A DNA stretch of 62,988 bases, counting the filler, from Babesia bigemina (Eukaryota): the NCBI RefSeq assembly GCF_000981445.1. It is 9 parts of 9 records of this genome, joined end to end, with 100 filler letters (N's around TTAATTAATTAA, not from the genome) between each part and the next. Parts side by side here need not be neighbours in the genome. Positions count along the whole stretch, not along the records: positions 44,753 to 51,852 come from NW_012237259.1; positions 51,953 to 56,568 come from NW_012237260.1; 7 more parts are not named here. One strand, written 5' to 3'. How positions within the stretch are numbered: position 1 is the stretch's first letter; every line of letters starts with the position of its first letter. Below the pieces are notes generated by a model, which ran no database searches, had not been told where the DNA came from, and saw only the letters and a list, made by a program, of their open reading frames with translations. The translations under genes were made by a program, and so were the position numbers. Positions 44,753 to 56,668 of this stretch are shown in pieces.

Positions 44753-45578
44753 CGATGTAGAGTGGGTTAAGGGGCGATGCAGAGTGGGGTAAGGGGCCAC
44801 GTAGAGTGGGTTCAGGGGCGATGTAGAGTGGCCTAGGGAGCGCTGCGTAGTGGACTCAGGAGCGATCTTGAGTCGGTTACCGGGCGCTGTAGAGCGGCTA
44901 AACGCGCCATGCAGAGCATGCTAGGGCCCGATGTAGATTTGATTAAGGGGCGATCTAGAGTGGGTTAAGGGGCGACGTCGACTGGGTTATGGGGCTATGT
45001 AGGGTGGGTTAAGGGGCGATTTAGACTGGGTAAGGGCGCGATGTAGAGTGGCTTCAGGCGGCGATGTAGAGTGGCTTAAGGGGCGATGTGGACTGGGTTA
45101 AGGGGCGATGTAGAGTGGGTAAAGGGGCGATGCAGAGTGGGTTAAGGGGCGATGTAGACTGGATTAAGGGGCGATGTAGAGTGGATAAAGGAGCGATGTA
45201 GAGGAGGTTAAGGAGCGATGTAGAGTGGATTAGGGAGCGATGTGGAGTGGATTAGGGAGCGATGTGGAGTGGATTAGGGAGCGATTAGAGGAGGTTAAGG
45301 AGCGATGTAGAGTGGATTAGGGAGCGATGTGGAGTGGATTAGGGAGCGATGTAGAGTGGATAAAGGAGCGATGTGGAGTGGGTAATAATCACCACTTTGG
45401 TCACCATGTCATCGCTGCCGTGACCATGTCATCGCTGCCGTGACCATATCATCGCTGCCGTGACCATGTCATCGCTGCCGTGTCCATGTCATCGCTGCTG
45501 TAACCATGTCATCGCTGCCGTGACCTTAACTTGGTCATGGCATTGGTCAACACTTTGGTCAGCACGTTGGTCACCACA
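44753..45578 (-). repeat. Satellite cassette (reverse orientation) downstream of the minus-strand ves gene: 12-mer 45527-45578, 20-mer 45398-45525, 22-mer 44753-45383
   Basis: Reverse complement of the same cassette. Confidence 0.93.
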
Positions 45579-45702
45579 TTAGTTAACTATAACACAATCA
45601 CACACAACAATTAATGAGTAAATCAACACAGTAAACAACAATTCATAAGTTAGGTGAGTAGGTGATGCTAGGTGAGTGTAGATAGTAAACACGTGAGTAC
45701 GA

Positions 45703-48700
45703 TTATGGTTGCAGGTAAAACACCCTGCCCAGTTTGTTAACACGCGCAGCAGCGAGTAGTGATTGAGCAGCAATCCTATGACTCGAGGGACTATGTAGAT
45801 GCGATTTGATGTGGAGCAGGTCGAGGCGGATGACCATGATGTGGATGAGGTAGAGGATGGAAAGGAGCCAGAGGGAAAGGACAAGGTAGGAGAATGGTTC
45901 ACGGATTCTCCAGAGGAAGTTGTCGCACTCCTCAAACAATTTCTTGAAGTACTGCGAATTGAGAACATTCTTCAATTGACTACAGAAATCAGAGCACTTC
46001 TTCGGCGATGCCTTGTCATTCAGCGTCGACGCTTCACCAAAGACGAAACCGTACTGGTAGAGCGTTGGTGCGACGCCTTTGCAGTCGACGATGGAAGTGC
46101 ACTGACATTTGTTATTTGGCTTCTCTGTATCAACAACACCATGCTCCCCCTTCTTACACTTATCACCTCTCAGACATCCACGGCATCCCCAGTCCTGGCA
46201 GTTGATGGAGCAGAAGGCGTTGTAGAGATTGTTGAGTAGGTCCCAAAACGTCCATGGGAGGTAGATGGCCCAGGAAAGGTAGGTGCTAGCATGCTTGTGG
46301 GCGACTACTTCATAAGAATAGTTGCACAGAGATGATACATAGGGCACACAGCTCTTTTTGTTTTGGCCTTTATTACACACGCTATTAATCGTAAGATTTT
46401 GTAGATGGTAACTTTCACACGCAGAATGTTTTAGGGCGTCGGAACCGTATGCGTTAACGATGGATTTAGTGAGCGCGTATGAATCCTTATAAAGCTCGAC
46501 AGATTGCGCTCCGATGGACGACTCAAATGCATACGAGAAAGTATCAGTCTTAACGTATACGGGTTGCTCAGTGTTGATGTACTGCGCAACAGACAACGCA
46601 AATCCGAAGTGCTCAGGTAAGGTGGCAGGCGGCATTGGCATAAGAGTGAATAAGCATGAAATATCGACATTATCTAGGAACTTGGTCAGCGCTTTGCATA
46701 CGTCCCTGCCTTTCTTCGTACTACCGGAGAACCCTCTAAATCCAAGTGGAGTTAGACATGGCATTCCTTTTTTAGAAGTGGACGGACAGGTAGCACATTC
46801 GTATTTGCAACCGATTTTGCTGAGCTGATGTGGTAAATGACCAGGTAGACAATCATTCAAATAGGACATTAAAGGGGAAGTTGGTTGGCAGTTTACTTTG
46901 ATGTTTGCATCGCACGTTGGTTGGCACTTTGGTTGCTTGGTTGGTTGACTCGTTGCTTTGTCGCTTGAGTGGTCCTTGCACGGCCACTTGGCGGGAGCTG
47001 TATTCATACCGTACTCGCAGTCGTACCAACCGCGATGTTCAGTCGTGAGGCTACATTGGCTTTTCAAGAAGCTTAACGTTGGTAACATTCTTCGGAGGAT
47101 GTCAAGGAACATGTCGAGACAGTCCTGCCCGGATGTGGGATAGTGTAATTTCATAGAGTTGTTAGCGTAGTCGCTACCGTAGATTGTAAGTTCATCGCCA
47201 GTTCCGAGGATGCCAATCAACACGTCATATGCTTCTGAGCAGATGTGTGTTACTGCTGCTCGTATATTTTCATATGATATTATTCTCGGGTACGCTGGTA
47301 GAGATATATCTGCAGCCTGTACTAACGATATCTTGAGGCCATCTTCAACCTCGGTTCCATGCTTTTCTTCATCATCGGGTTCTTGTATCAGTTCAAGTAT
47401 TGCTACGTCTCGCATAGCTGTATGGACAGGATGATGTGGAAGACCAGAAAGCCATACGAGCATTTCGTATACGTTGCAAGGCTTTCTTGTAGACGTTAAT
47501 GTGGACAGGTGACATACATCGTTGTAACGGTTGAGGCAAGTATAAAGGTAATCGAGAATGTCGAGGACGCTAGGTGGATGACGATTCCCAGTAGCAGCTT
47601 CTTTATGCTCCATCATCTGTTTTCCCCACGTCTCTGCGGCTTGCTTGTCAAATGATTTAACAAACGTGTTGAGAAGATCATCATAAATTTTTCTTCCTGT
47701 CATGTCACTCTTGTCTTGCAACTCACCGTGATGCTTACCCTCCTCTGACGTCACACGGTAACCGCGTTTCTCGAACCATTTGCCAAAAACGTTGTGTTTA
47801 TAAGTGTTGATTTGCTTATTTTTATGTAACATTGAATCCTCTTTCAACTTCTCTAATTCCCCAACCAGTATCTCCACTATCGTCAGGCAGACCTTGGCGC
47901 AGTTGCGGCCCTCAGGGGTTAAATCGGTAACAGTTTTGGTGGTGACTTTACTACCGGATTCACCTGTTTTTGAAGGCTCCTTAACGGTTTTAGTAACAGT
48001 TAACGCAGTGTATTTTTGACCAGAGTACCTGTTCACGTACGCGTGGCCGAGTTGCTCGGTGAATTTGGCGAGGCCGGCCTTGAGGGGGGCGAGGAGGGGG
48101 GAACAAGGGGTCGAAAAGTTTTTGGGAGCGAAGTCATGAAGAGCACTAACAAAGCGTTCAAAAAGGGTGGTAAAAACGTGATCATATTCATTGGATTTTT
48201 CAAGATGCTTAAGTAGGTTAATGAGGGAGTCATAGCAAGGCTGCACCTTACCGTAGTAGAAGGAGAAATCCGGTTGATGCTCAAGATTGTAGAAAAGAAA
48301 TCCATTGACTTCAATAAGTTTTTTGGCAATGTCTTTGAGTTTCCTATCATTCCATCCGTCTCGACTTTGAGGTTTTGGGACATAATCATCTAATCGCTTA
48401 ACAAATTGTTTATTTACCTTACCTAACAAACCCTTGACGCCCGTCACTTTGTGTTTATCGATTATGCTTTGCATTTCACTCAGCTGGCTTACAACTGAAT
48501 TTTGAAATGCTTGCAAGTCAACAGCTCTCTGCTCAGCATACATGGCTCGAATTTGGTTCGTCAGTTGCGTGAATGCCGCTTGAACTTTTTGGCCGGTCGA
48601 TTCCTTCAGTGCGTTAATCGCTTCTTTATTTTTTTCGTGTGATGCATTTAGCGCATCTCGGATTGATTTTACGGAGTTTATTAATTCTTTGTTGCATTGG

Positions 48701-51099
48701 GATACAGTTTGTTGGATGGTATCAAGCCGTTCACTAAGTGCCGTTTTCAACGCCTTCATATTTTCCTCTGCCGCGCTTCTTTTCGCATTAATTACGACGT
48801 CATGACCTACGCCGAAATCATCTTTCAATAGAGTTTCAAGTTCTTTAAGCACACTCTGCAGTCCGTTTGATTCGCTATTTATTCTATTTTGAAGTGAACC
48901 GTTGCCTCCTATATTTTTTCCTAACAAATTTCCGAGAGTTTCAATCTTCGTTTTCAGTGTTTCCAAGTGACTAGTGATTTGTTTAGCGTAGTCTCCATTA
49001 CCGCCTTTAAATTCCTGACCAACAGATTCTACATGTGCTATAATCTTTCTTAAGTTTCCCATTTTAGAGGCTGTGACAAATTTGCTTAGTTCGGTTGCAA
49101 CTTGCTTAAATCTTGTTACAAGTAATTTGAGAATGTCCTTAACAACCTCTGTGAGATCGGGTTCTTGATGGTGATTACCGCTTTTCACGTCCACTACAAT
49201 CGCTTTTACGGCCAATTCAATCGATGAATTCACTCCTTTCGTAAGATTATTATCTACCTGATTTGCAAATTTCTCGAATGTTGCACCAATATTCGTGACA
49301 CTAACACCTCGGAACGTTTCCTGAGCAGCACTGCGAATATCGCTCGAAATGAATCCTGAGAGACTTCGCTTGATTGCATCTCTAATATTGCCAGTTTTCT
49401 CGGGTTTTGTAACTCCCTTTAACTTTGATTCGTTGTTAGTAACGTATGCATATATCTTACCGTAACCGACCCCGTCTTCTACCAATTCTGCAATCCATTT
49501 TGCTAGAAATTCCTGTACCGCCTCTTCCTTGAACCCATTCGCAAACTCAATGATACCTTTTTGAATTTGTGTCAGACCTTCATTGTTGGGGATTCCATCA
49601 TTATTCTGTTGCCCATCACCAATAATCTGACCAACCAGTTTCGCAATCTTGAGTTTCATCTGCCCCCATTGCTCATATATGCTACCCGGTGAACTTTCAC
49701 TTGTTCCAACTCCATTTTGTATCTCAACAAAATTCTCCTGTGCGCTGCTAACCAACTGCAATAGCATTGCCTTATCTGACATTAAATTGCCATGAATATT
49801 GCTAACGGCCATTTTTATCTCGTGCAACATACCTAAGATTTTGCTAGTATAATTATTTTCGAAGTCATTGTCTAAGAACTTTTTAGCGATGTCTATATTC
49901 TCATTAATTTTCTTAAAGTGCATCCACCGATTCTTGTGCATATTATTTATTTCACTAGACATCTTCCAAAATTCCGCCTTTAACTTCTGCTTTACCTTAT
50001 GGCATTCATCTTCAATATGCCTATCTAATAAGGTTTTTTCATTTACTAGAGCCTCATCTACAAACCGCACCTGGCCCATTAACGACTCAGACTGGGCACT
50101 CTTCTTCAACACCTGCACAGATTTCTTAATTACTTTTGTCTCATGCATCAATGTAGTTTTTAAGTTACTATCTAACATATTAACAATAGATTCAATATGA
50201 GTGACATCTTGTTCAATGTCCCCTAGCGTAGTCTTCCACTTCTCCAGTTGCTCTTCCAGTTTCTGCGAAAAATGAATTCTGTTAAAATACTTACCTGATA
50301 AATGGTCTTGAAGCCATGATAATTCGATAATTACGTTGCCTGTTTTCTCCCTTACTTCACCTTCATACCCCTCCAACCACCCCCTCACCGCGTCGACAGA
50401 CGCCGCAAGCCCAGTACGCCCGGAGCCAATATTATCTTCTAATTTCTTAATAACTGTATTAATGTCTTTACTCTTATCTGTATCATAAGTTGTCACTTCA
50501 TTTTCGTTTTTCACCGCATCAAGAACACCATACAAGAACGCCATCACTGCATCACACAGCCTGTCAAGGTCGGAGTACACAATCCCCTGGCCAGTGTAGC
50601 CTTTGGAGTTTTCATCGTAACCAAGAAACTTCTCAAGGCCGTCACATAAATTCTCTAGGAGCTTTTTAGGATCATTTTTACTATTCTTAAGTTTCTCATA
50701 AAATCCACAAAGCTCCTTCACCTTCTTCAAAGCCTCCAACTTGGACTGCAATTTGGCTGGGTCAGCAGAGGGAGAGGGGGAAGTAGGAAGATTATTAGGA
50801 TTATTAGGGCTATTAATACGTTGATTTATGTCATTAATTTCTTGAGTAACTCGCTGACTAAGCTCACTAATTTTCTGGTTGTCACCAGCCTGGTCAACAG
50901 ACTTGACAGACTCAGAAAGCTTAGTAACATGAGAAGAGTAAGCATCATTTAGGTCAGTTTTAAGATCTTCATTAGTGTCGAAATAAGCTTTAATAGCATA
51001 TATAACAGCTTCCTTAACACTCTCACTCTCACCAACAAATCCGCCAAGCTGTCCAGCCAGGTGACCAAGGCTAATGAGCTTGGAGTCAATGTCCTTCAA
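45703..51099 (-). CDS. ves1-like variant erythrocyte surface antigen, ~1800 aa (...RVFYLQP tail type); true start uncertain
   Basis: GIVYSDLDRLCD, YEMLVWLSGL, SPLMSYLNDCLPGHLPH, TM and conserved tail. The frame stays open to ~51144 (SHSRRYDDATKRAL) and then meets TAA. Confidence 0.87.
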   Translation of the reverse strand: MKDIDSKLISLGHLAGQLGGFVGESESVKEAVIYAIKAYFDTNEDLKTDLNDAYSSHVTKLSESVKSVDQAGDNQKISELSQRVTQEINDINQRINSPNNPNNLPTSPSPSADPAKLQSKLEALKKVKELCGFYEKLKNSKNDPKKLLENLCDGLEKFLGYDENSKGYTGQGIVYSDLDRLCDAVMAFLYGVLDAVKNENEVTTYDTDKSKDINTVIKKLEDNIGSGRTGLAASVDAVRGWLEGYEGEVREKTGNVIIELSWLQDHLSGKYFNRIHFSQKLEEQLEKWKTTLGDIEQDVTHIESIVNMLDSNLKTTLMHETKVIKKSVQVLKKSAQSESLMGQVRFVDEALVNEKTLLDRHIEDECHKVKQKLKAEFWKMSSEINNMHKNRWMHFKKINENIDIAKKFLDNDFENNYTSKILGMLHEIKMAVSNIHGNLMSDKAMLLQLVSSAQENFVEIQNGVGTSESSPGSIYEQWGQMKLKIAKLVGQIIGDGQQNNDGIPNNEGLTQIQKGIIEFANGFKEEAVQEFLAKWIAELVEDGVGYGKIYAYVTNNESKLKGVTKPEKTGNIRDAIKRSLSGFISSDIRSAAQETFRGVSVTNIGATFEKFANQVDNNLTKGVNSSIELAVKAIVVDVKSGNHHQEPDLTEVVKDILKLLVTRFKQVATELSKFVTASKMGNLRKIIAHVESVGQEFKGGNGDYAKQITSHLETLKTKIETLGNLLGKNIGGNGSLQNRINSESNGLQSVLKELETLLKDDFGVGHDVVINAKRSAAEENMKALKTALSERLDTIQQTVSQCNKELINSVKSIRDALNASHEKNKEAINALKESTGQKVQAAFTQLTNQIRAMYAEQRAVDLQAFQNSVVSQLSEMQSIIDKHKVTGVKGLLGKVNKQFVKRLDDYVPKPQSRDGWNDRKLKDIAKKLIEVNGFLFYNLEHQPDFSFYYGKVQPCYDSLINLLKHLEKSNEYDHVFTTLFERFVSALHDFAPKNFSTPCSPLLAPLKAGLAKFTEQLGHAYVNRYSGQKYTALTVTKTVKEPSKTGESGSKVTTKTVTDLTPEGRNCAKVCLTIVEILVGELEKLKEDSMLHKNKQINTYKHNVFGKWFEKRGYRVTSEEGKHHGELQDKSDMTGRKIYDDLLNTFVKSFDKQAAETWGKQMMEHKEAATGNRHPPSVLDILDYLYTCLNRYNDVCHLSTLTSTRKPCNVYEMLVWLSGLPHHPVHTAMRDVAILELIQEPDDEEKHGTEVEDGLKISLVQAADISLPAYPRIISYENIRAAVTHICSEAYDVLIGILGTGDELTIYGSDYANNSMKLHYPTSGQDCLDMFLDILRRMLPTLSFLKSQCSLTTEHRGWYDCEYGMNTAPAKWPCKDHSSDKATSQPTKQPKCQPTCDANIKVNCQPTSPLMSYLNDCLPGHLPHQLSKIGCKYECATCPSTSKKGMPCLTPLGFRGFSGSTKKGRDVCKALTKFLDNVDISCLFTLMPMPPATLPEHFGFALSVAQYINTEQPVYVKTDTFSYAFESSIGAQSVELYKDSYALTKSIVNAYGSDALKHSACESYHLQNLTINSVCNKGQNKKSCVPYVSSLCNYSYEVVAHKHASTYLSWAIYLPWTFWDLLNNLYNAFCSINCQDWGCRGCLRGDKCKKGEHGVVDTEKPNNKCQCTSIVDCKGVAPTLYQYGFVFGEASTLNDKASPKKCSDFCSQLKNVLNSQYFKKLFEECDNFLWRIREPFSYLVLSLWLLSILYLIHIMVIRLDLLHIKSHLHSPSSHRIAAQSLLAAARVNKLGRVFYLQP

Positions 51100-51335
51100 G
51101 GCTCTTTTAGTAGCATCATCATAACGACGGGAGTGGGAAGTAACAAGTTATGGTCATAATTAATGGAGGTCATAGCGTTAATATGGCGAAGTAATTCGAA
51201 GGATTTGGAGTTAGGATGAACATGATGGGACTTGGCAGTGGCAAGAGGTGGAGGAAGGGAAGTGAAGGGTGACAAGGCACAAGTTATTAGGATGGTTTAT
51301 AGAGGTAATAGCGGTATTATGGCGAGGTGATTCGA

Positions 51336-51852
51336 GCGATGTAAAGTGGATAAGGGGCGATGTAGAGTGGGTTAAGGAGCGATGTAGGGTGGATAAAGGG
51401 GCGATGTAGAGTGGATAAGGGAGCGATGTGGAGTGGGTTAGGGAGCGATGTGGAGTGGATAGAGGAGCGATGTAGAGTGGGTAAAGGGGCGATGTAGAGT
51501 GGGTTAGGGAGCGATGTAGAGTGGATAGAGGAGCGATGTAGAGTGGGTAAAGGGGCGATGTAGAGTGGGTTAGGGAGCGATGGAGAGTGGGTAAGGGAGC
51601 GATGTAGAGTGGATAAGGGGCGATGTAGAGTGGATAAAGGGGCGATGTGGAGTGGGTTAAGGAGCGATGTGGAGTGGGTTAAGGGGCGATGTAGAGTGGA
51701 TAAGGAGCGATGTAGAGTGGGTTAGGGAGCGATGTGGAGTGGGTTAAGGGGCGATGTAGAGTGGGTTAAGGGGCGATGTAGAGTGGGTAAAGGGGCGATG
51801 TGGAGTGATTAAGGGAGCGATGTGGAGTGGATAAGGGAGCGATGTAGAGTCC
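51336..51852 (+). repeat. 22-bp satellite upstream of the minus-strand ves gene
   Basis: Tandem GGGGCGATGTAGAGTGGGTTAA variants. Confidence 0.96.
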
Positions 51853-51952
51853 NNNNNNNNNNNNNNNNNNNNNNNNNNNNNNNNNNNNNNNNNNNNTTAA
51901 TTAATTAANNNNNNNNNNNNNNNNNNNNNNNNNNNNNNNNNNNNNNNNNNNN

Positions 51953-52197
51953 TCGCTCCCTAATCCACTCTACATCGCCCCTTAACCCACTCTACATCGC
52001 CCCTTTGTCCACTCTACATCGCCCCTTAACCCACTCTACATCGCTCCTTAATCCACTCCACATCGCTCCTTTATCCACTCTACATCGCTCCCTAACCCAC
52101 TCTACATCGCTCCCTAACCCACTCTACATCGCTCTTTTATCCACTCTACATCGCCCCTTAAACCACTCCACATCGCTCCCTAACCCACTCTACATCC
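51953..52197 (-). repeat. 22-bp satellite (C-rich on +) upstream of a ves gene
   Basis: Tandem CCACTCTACATCGCCCCTTAAC variants. Confidence 0.96.
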
Positions 52198-52224
52198 CTT
52201 TAATTACCTCGCCATAATACCGCT

Positions 52225-55200
52225 GTGACCTCTTTAGACCACAATAATAACTTGTGCCTTGTCACCCTTCCCTTCCCCTCTTCCACCTCTTGCCACTGCC
52301 CTGACCATGTGCCGCCTAGTGAGCTTGACAAGTAATTTGACAAAATTTTGAACCTTAAAATTACCTCAAATAACAACCCTAATAACATCCTTAATAACCT
52401 CTGCACTGACCTCGAAACTTTCCTCGGCTTCAATCCATCTTCCAAAGGCTACGACGGCTCTGGGATAGTGTACTCTGACCTGGACAGGCTGTGTGACGGG
52501 GTGATGGGATTTTTGAGTGGTGTGCTTGATGCGGTGAAAGATGATGATGCGGTTAAAACGTATGATAAAGATGATGATAATAACATTAATACAGTTATTA
52601 AGAAATTACAATCTCAAATTGGCTCCGGGCGTGATGGGCTTGTGGCGTCTGTCGACGCGGTGAAGGGGTGGTTGGAGGGGTATGATAATTTTTATAAAGC
52701 TTCAACAGCTCTAATCACTAGCCACATAGATAAACTCAAAACTAATATAGATGATAAATACATGAAGACAGTGAATAGTAATAGAGCGAGGCCATTGGCC
52801 GAGCAACATGAGTCATGGAAGACTTCGGTCACTGAGATGGAGCAGCACATAAAAAGTACTGACACAGCGTACATAAAAGCAGTCGATACTTGTTTGCAAA
52901 ATAAGATAAAAACAGATTTAAAACCAATTCTAGGTGCTGTTGTGATGCTGAAAAAATCGTCAGAACATCCTGATTTGAGGAAGCAGGTGAAACATTTAGA
53001 TGAGGAATTTTTGAAGCAGCAGAAGATACTCCAAGAATCAATGTTCGTTAAGTTTTCCAAAATATATAAGGAGCTCGGTAATTTGAGAGATAAGAAAACA
53101 CTGGAAATAGGGTGTATTTTGGATGTTGTGCAGGCTTCAAAACAGTGTGCTAAGCAATATTACGATAAATTTGACGGGACATATACGTATGAAATTCGTA
53201 ATACATTCTACGAGATAGAAGGGAAATTGAGGGAAATTAACCCAACTGATGAATATATTATTGGGGGTGACGGTAGTAACTCCCTATTCAAGCGAGTGGT
53301 CATGGATCTTAGATCGGGAGTTGAGAAGATAGGTAAACAGCTCAGTGTCAGATCGCAGGAGTTGGGAAATTGGAAGGTTGTGGCTGACAGTGCTGTGAGG
53401 GCTGCAAAAGCGAAGTGTGAGCAAATACTACAAATCGTTTATAACGAACAGGGGGTAACGTACACGGAGACTGGTAAGCATGCGGAAGAATTAAAGAAAA
53501 AGGCTAAAAGTCTATTACGAGCTTACCAGTCGGTGCAAGAAAAGGTCGAACCTCTGGAAGGCAATATTAAGAGAGTGCTGGGAGTATTGGAAGACAAAAT
53601 TCGAGAGGATTTGCATACTCTCAAAGAAGCGATTAAAGATGATTTAAATAAAGTTATTCAAAAGCTTAAGCAGGGGATTGACGCTGCCACACGTAAGGAA
53701 GCAAGGGCCATCACAGCTGTTCAAGAGTTCTATGAAGGCTTGGGAGGTAGAGATGGTGTTGCTCCGAAATTGAATGCATGGGCTGAGCAGGCGATGAGTA
53801 GCGGAAGCCTTAAAAATGCCATACAGGCTTTAGAGCAACATGATAAGTTATTCGAAAAATTCCAAGATATTCTAAAGCAGCTTGATGTAAATCAAAATAG
53901 TATAGGAAAATTTTACGAGGTACTCACCCAAGATTTGGACGCCAAGGTAGATGGCCAATTGCCTAAGGAAAGTGCAAGTAAAGTGAGACTTGATGTACTC
54001 AAAGCGTATGCGAAAGAAAAAAACCAAAAAAGTATTCCGAAGAGCCAGTATCAAGAATTGCTTGAAAACGTTTCCCATGCGCTAGACAAGTACAAGGATA
54101 TGCCTGAATTCGGAGATAATAGAGCACAGTTGACTAGCGGCACCATCCTCGGTGCTGAAAACGCAGTTAACGCCCATGTTGAAGTCATCACCACCCAACT
54201 GAACAATGTCGCCGGGTTGGTTGAACAAGCAAAGAAGAAGCAGTTGCAGAGAGCCGGTGAGACTGATGGCGTCAAGGAATATTTGCAGGATTTGGAAGGT
54301 ATGCTTCGAAAAAGTATAAATGCGAAACTTGCCACAGAAGAATTAAAAGCGCATACCATAAAGGGCCTCCAACATATCAACGACGAACTCGGTACACTCA
54401 ACACAACCAATGTAGAGGGTGCTAAGCAAGCCGTCGACGAAGTACTTGCGAAAGTAGACGAGCTACAGAAAGTCCCGGAGAGGGTGAAACAATTGCGAGC
54501 AGATACGGAGATTTTAATGGATAATATAAAACATCAGTTTTACACTGTTGAAGGCACCATTAATAACATTGGTCATACGGTAGAGGAAGCTAATAAATCG
54601 TTAACCAGTGCCATAAATTCGCTAGACGATGTTGTTCGAAAAGCCGAGAAGCATCTCCTCACCGCCGTCTCCCAAGCCTTCCAATCCCTCACCGCCGCCG
54701 TCCGCTCCCTCTTCGCCGAGCAGAAAAAGGCCGACCTCCAGGCGCTCAAGGGGGTGGTGGAGGAGCAGAAAAGGGTTATCGAGGATATCATTGATAAAGA
54801 CAAAAGGACCGGAATTAAGGGCTTACTGAAGGCTGTAAACGGTATTAAGGTGACTGCAAATGCAAATGAGATTCCTACTTTTAATGATCGTTCGCCTAAT
54901 CTGTTTGACGCAATTATACAGGTTGCTCCTCCACTGACGTCGAAACTAACAGGCGAACAATATCTTCAGCTATTCCAACAATTATCTACCAAATTGTACG
55001 ACTACTACAATAACGTTGACACGTATATCAACAACCAAGTCACCGACCCAACCAAAACAGTAACCTCCCCCCCTCCCACCGACCAACCCACCGACCCAGC
55101 CAACCAGCTAACCAAAATCAAAAGTGACTTCGACAATTTACTTGGACATCTTCAAAAAAATACTAAAAAGTATAATTACGATAATGAATTTGTTAAATTG

Positions 55201-56568
55201 CGTGATCACCTCACCTCCTCCCTCACCGCTCTCTCCCCCTCCGCCTTCGCCAACCCCCGGCACCCGGAGCTGCTCGATGCGGTAAGATCGGGGCTGCAGG
55301 GGCTTGTCAAGGAGATGGAGCGGGTGTATGTGAACGGGTATGATGATGGAACATTAATCAATTTTACGTTAAATCCACTTGTTAAAAATGATGCTGGTAA
55401 AAATTCTGGTCAAAACGAAAAATTAACGCCTTACGGTGAAAAGCTGTCTAAGGTCTGTTTGACTGTTGTCTCTAACTTGCACATTGCCTTTAAAGTTCTG
55501 AAGAAGTATTGTTATACGGAACAGAGATTTCAGAAAATTAACAAAAACACAGATGTTGGAATGTTCTTTTACCATCAAGGCTATGATGTCTCCGTCAAAG
55601 AGAAGCAAAAGGGGGAGTTAGATAAGAACGTTGCTGCCACAAAAATCAAAAAGCTTCTGATTAGCGACGATTACAAGCATATATACCACACAGATAAAGA
55701 CACCAAACTTGCGCTTCAGATGCTGAACGAGCACCTTAACGATTACTATCAAGTCTGTCACGTCTCAACGTTTGCTGCCAAGAAGCGGCCATGTAACGTG
55801 TTCGAAATACTTTGTTGGCTGTCAGGGCTTCCATGCAGTTCCGTTTATGAAGAAGTTCTGCGTGATGCTGTGAGTGAATTATTTGAGGATCCAAATAAAC
55901 AGGTCGCAGCAGATCTCGACGGGTTTGAGATAACTGTTACAGACATGAGAGATGACTTCCTCCCAGCGCATCCAAACAACATGTTATATGATGATACACG
56001 GAAAGCGGTGATGCGTTTGTGCTCAAAGTCATATGACGTTCTGACCAGAATCGTCGGTTACGGAAATGCTCATACCATGTACGCCGTCGACTACTGCGCC
56101 AATTCGCTTAACTTTCACTACCCATCCAAGGGCGAAGATTGCCTCCAGATGCTACTGGATGTCCTAAGCAGGTTGTACCCGCCACTGAGATTTTTGTATA
56201 GGCAATGTAGCATCGGTGCTCAACACTACGGGTGGGCCGATTGTGTATACGGCCAGAACGTCCCATCAGCTAAATGGCAATGTAACGAGCACCCAAAAGA
56301 CAAAGCAACGAGCCAAGTAGGGTGTTTGCCAACGTGCCAGGCAAATACCCAACCAAATTGCCAACCAAACTCCCCTTTAATGAGCTACCTCAACGACTGC
56401 TTACCTGGCCACTTGCCTCATCATGTCAGTTCCATAGGGTGTAGAGCTGTATGTTCAACGTGCCCGAAAGCTAAGAAGGGTATGCCGTGTTTGACACCTC
56501 TCGGTTTCAGGGGGTTTTCTGGTAGTGAGAAGACGGGTAGAGCATTATGTGAGATGCTAGAAAATTTC
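52225..56568 (+). CDS. ves1-like antigen, 3'-truncated by the gap; leader carries GTG for ATG and an in-frame TAA
   Basis: Leader homologous to 37899 but with GTG at 52225 and TAA at 52333-52335. The body from 52348 is open with all family motifs. Confidence 0.82.
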
Positions 56569-56668
56569 NNNNNNNNNNNNNNNNNNNNNNNNNNNNNNNN
56601 NNNNNNNNNNNNTTAATTAATTAANNNNNNNNNNNNNNNNNNNNNNNNNNNNNNNNNNNNNNNNNNNN

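Noticed and set aside
44753..45180. Highly divergent satellite units
   Set aside because: Divergence rises toward the contig end, typical of a low-quality read tail.
51099..52348. Apparent head-to-head ves pair resembling the B. bovis bidirectional active locus
   Set aside because: The two genes are on different contigs separated by an artificial linker.
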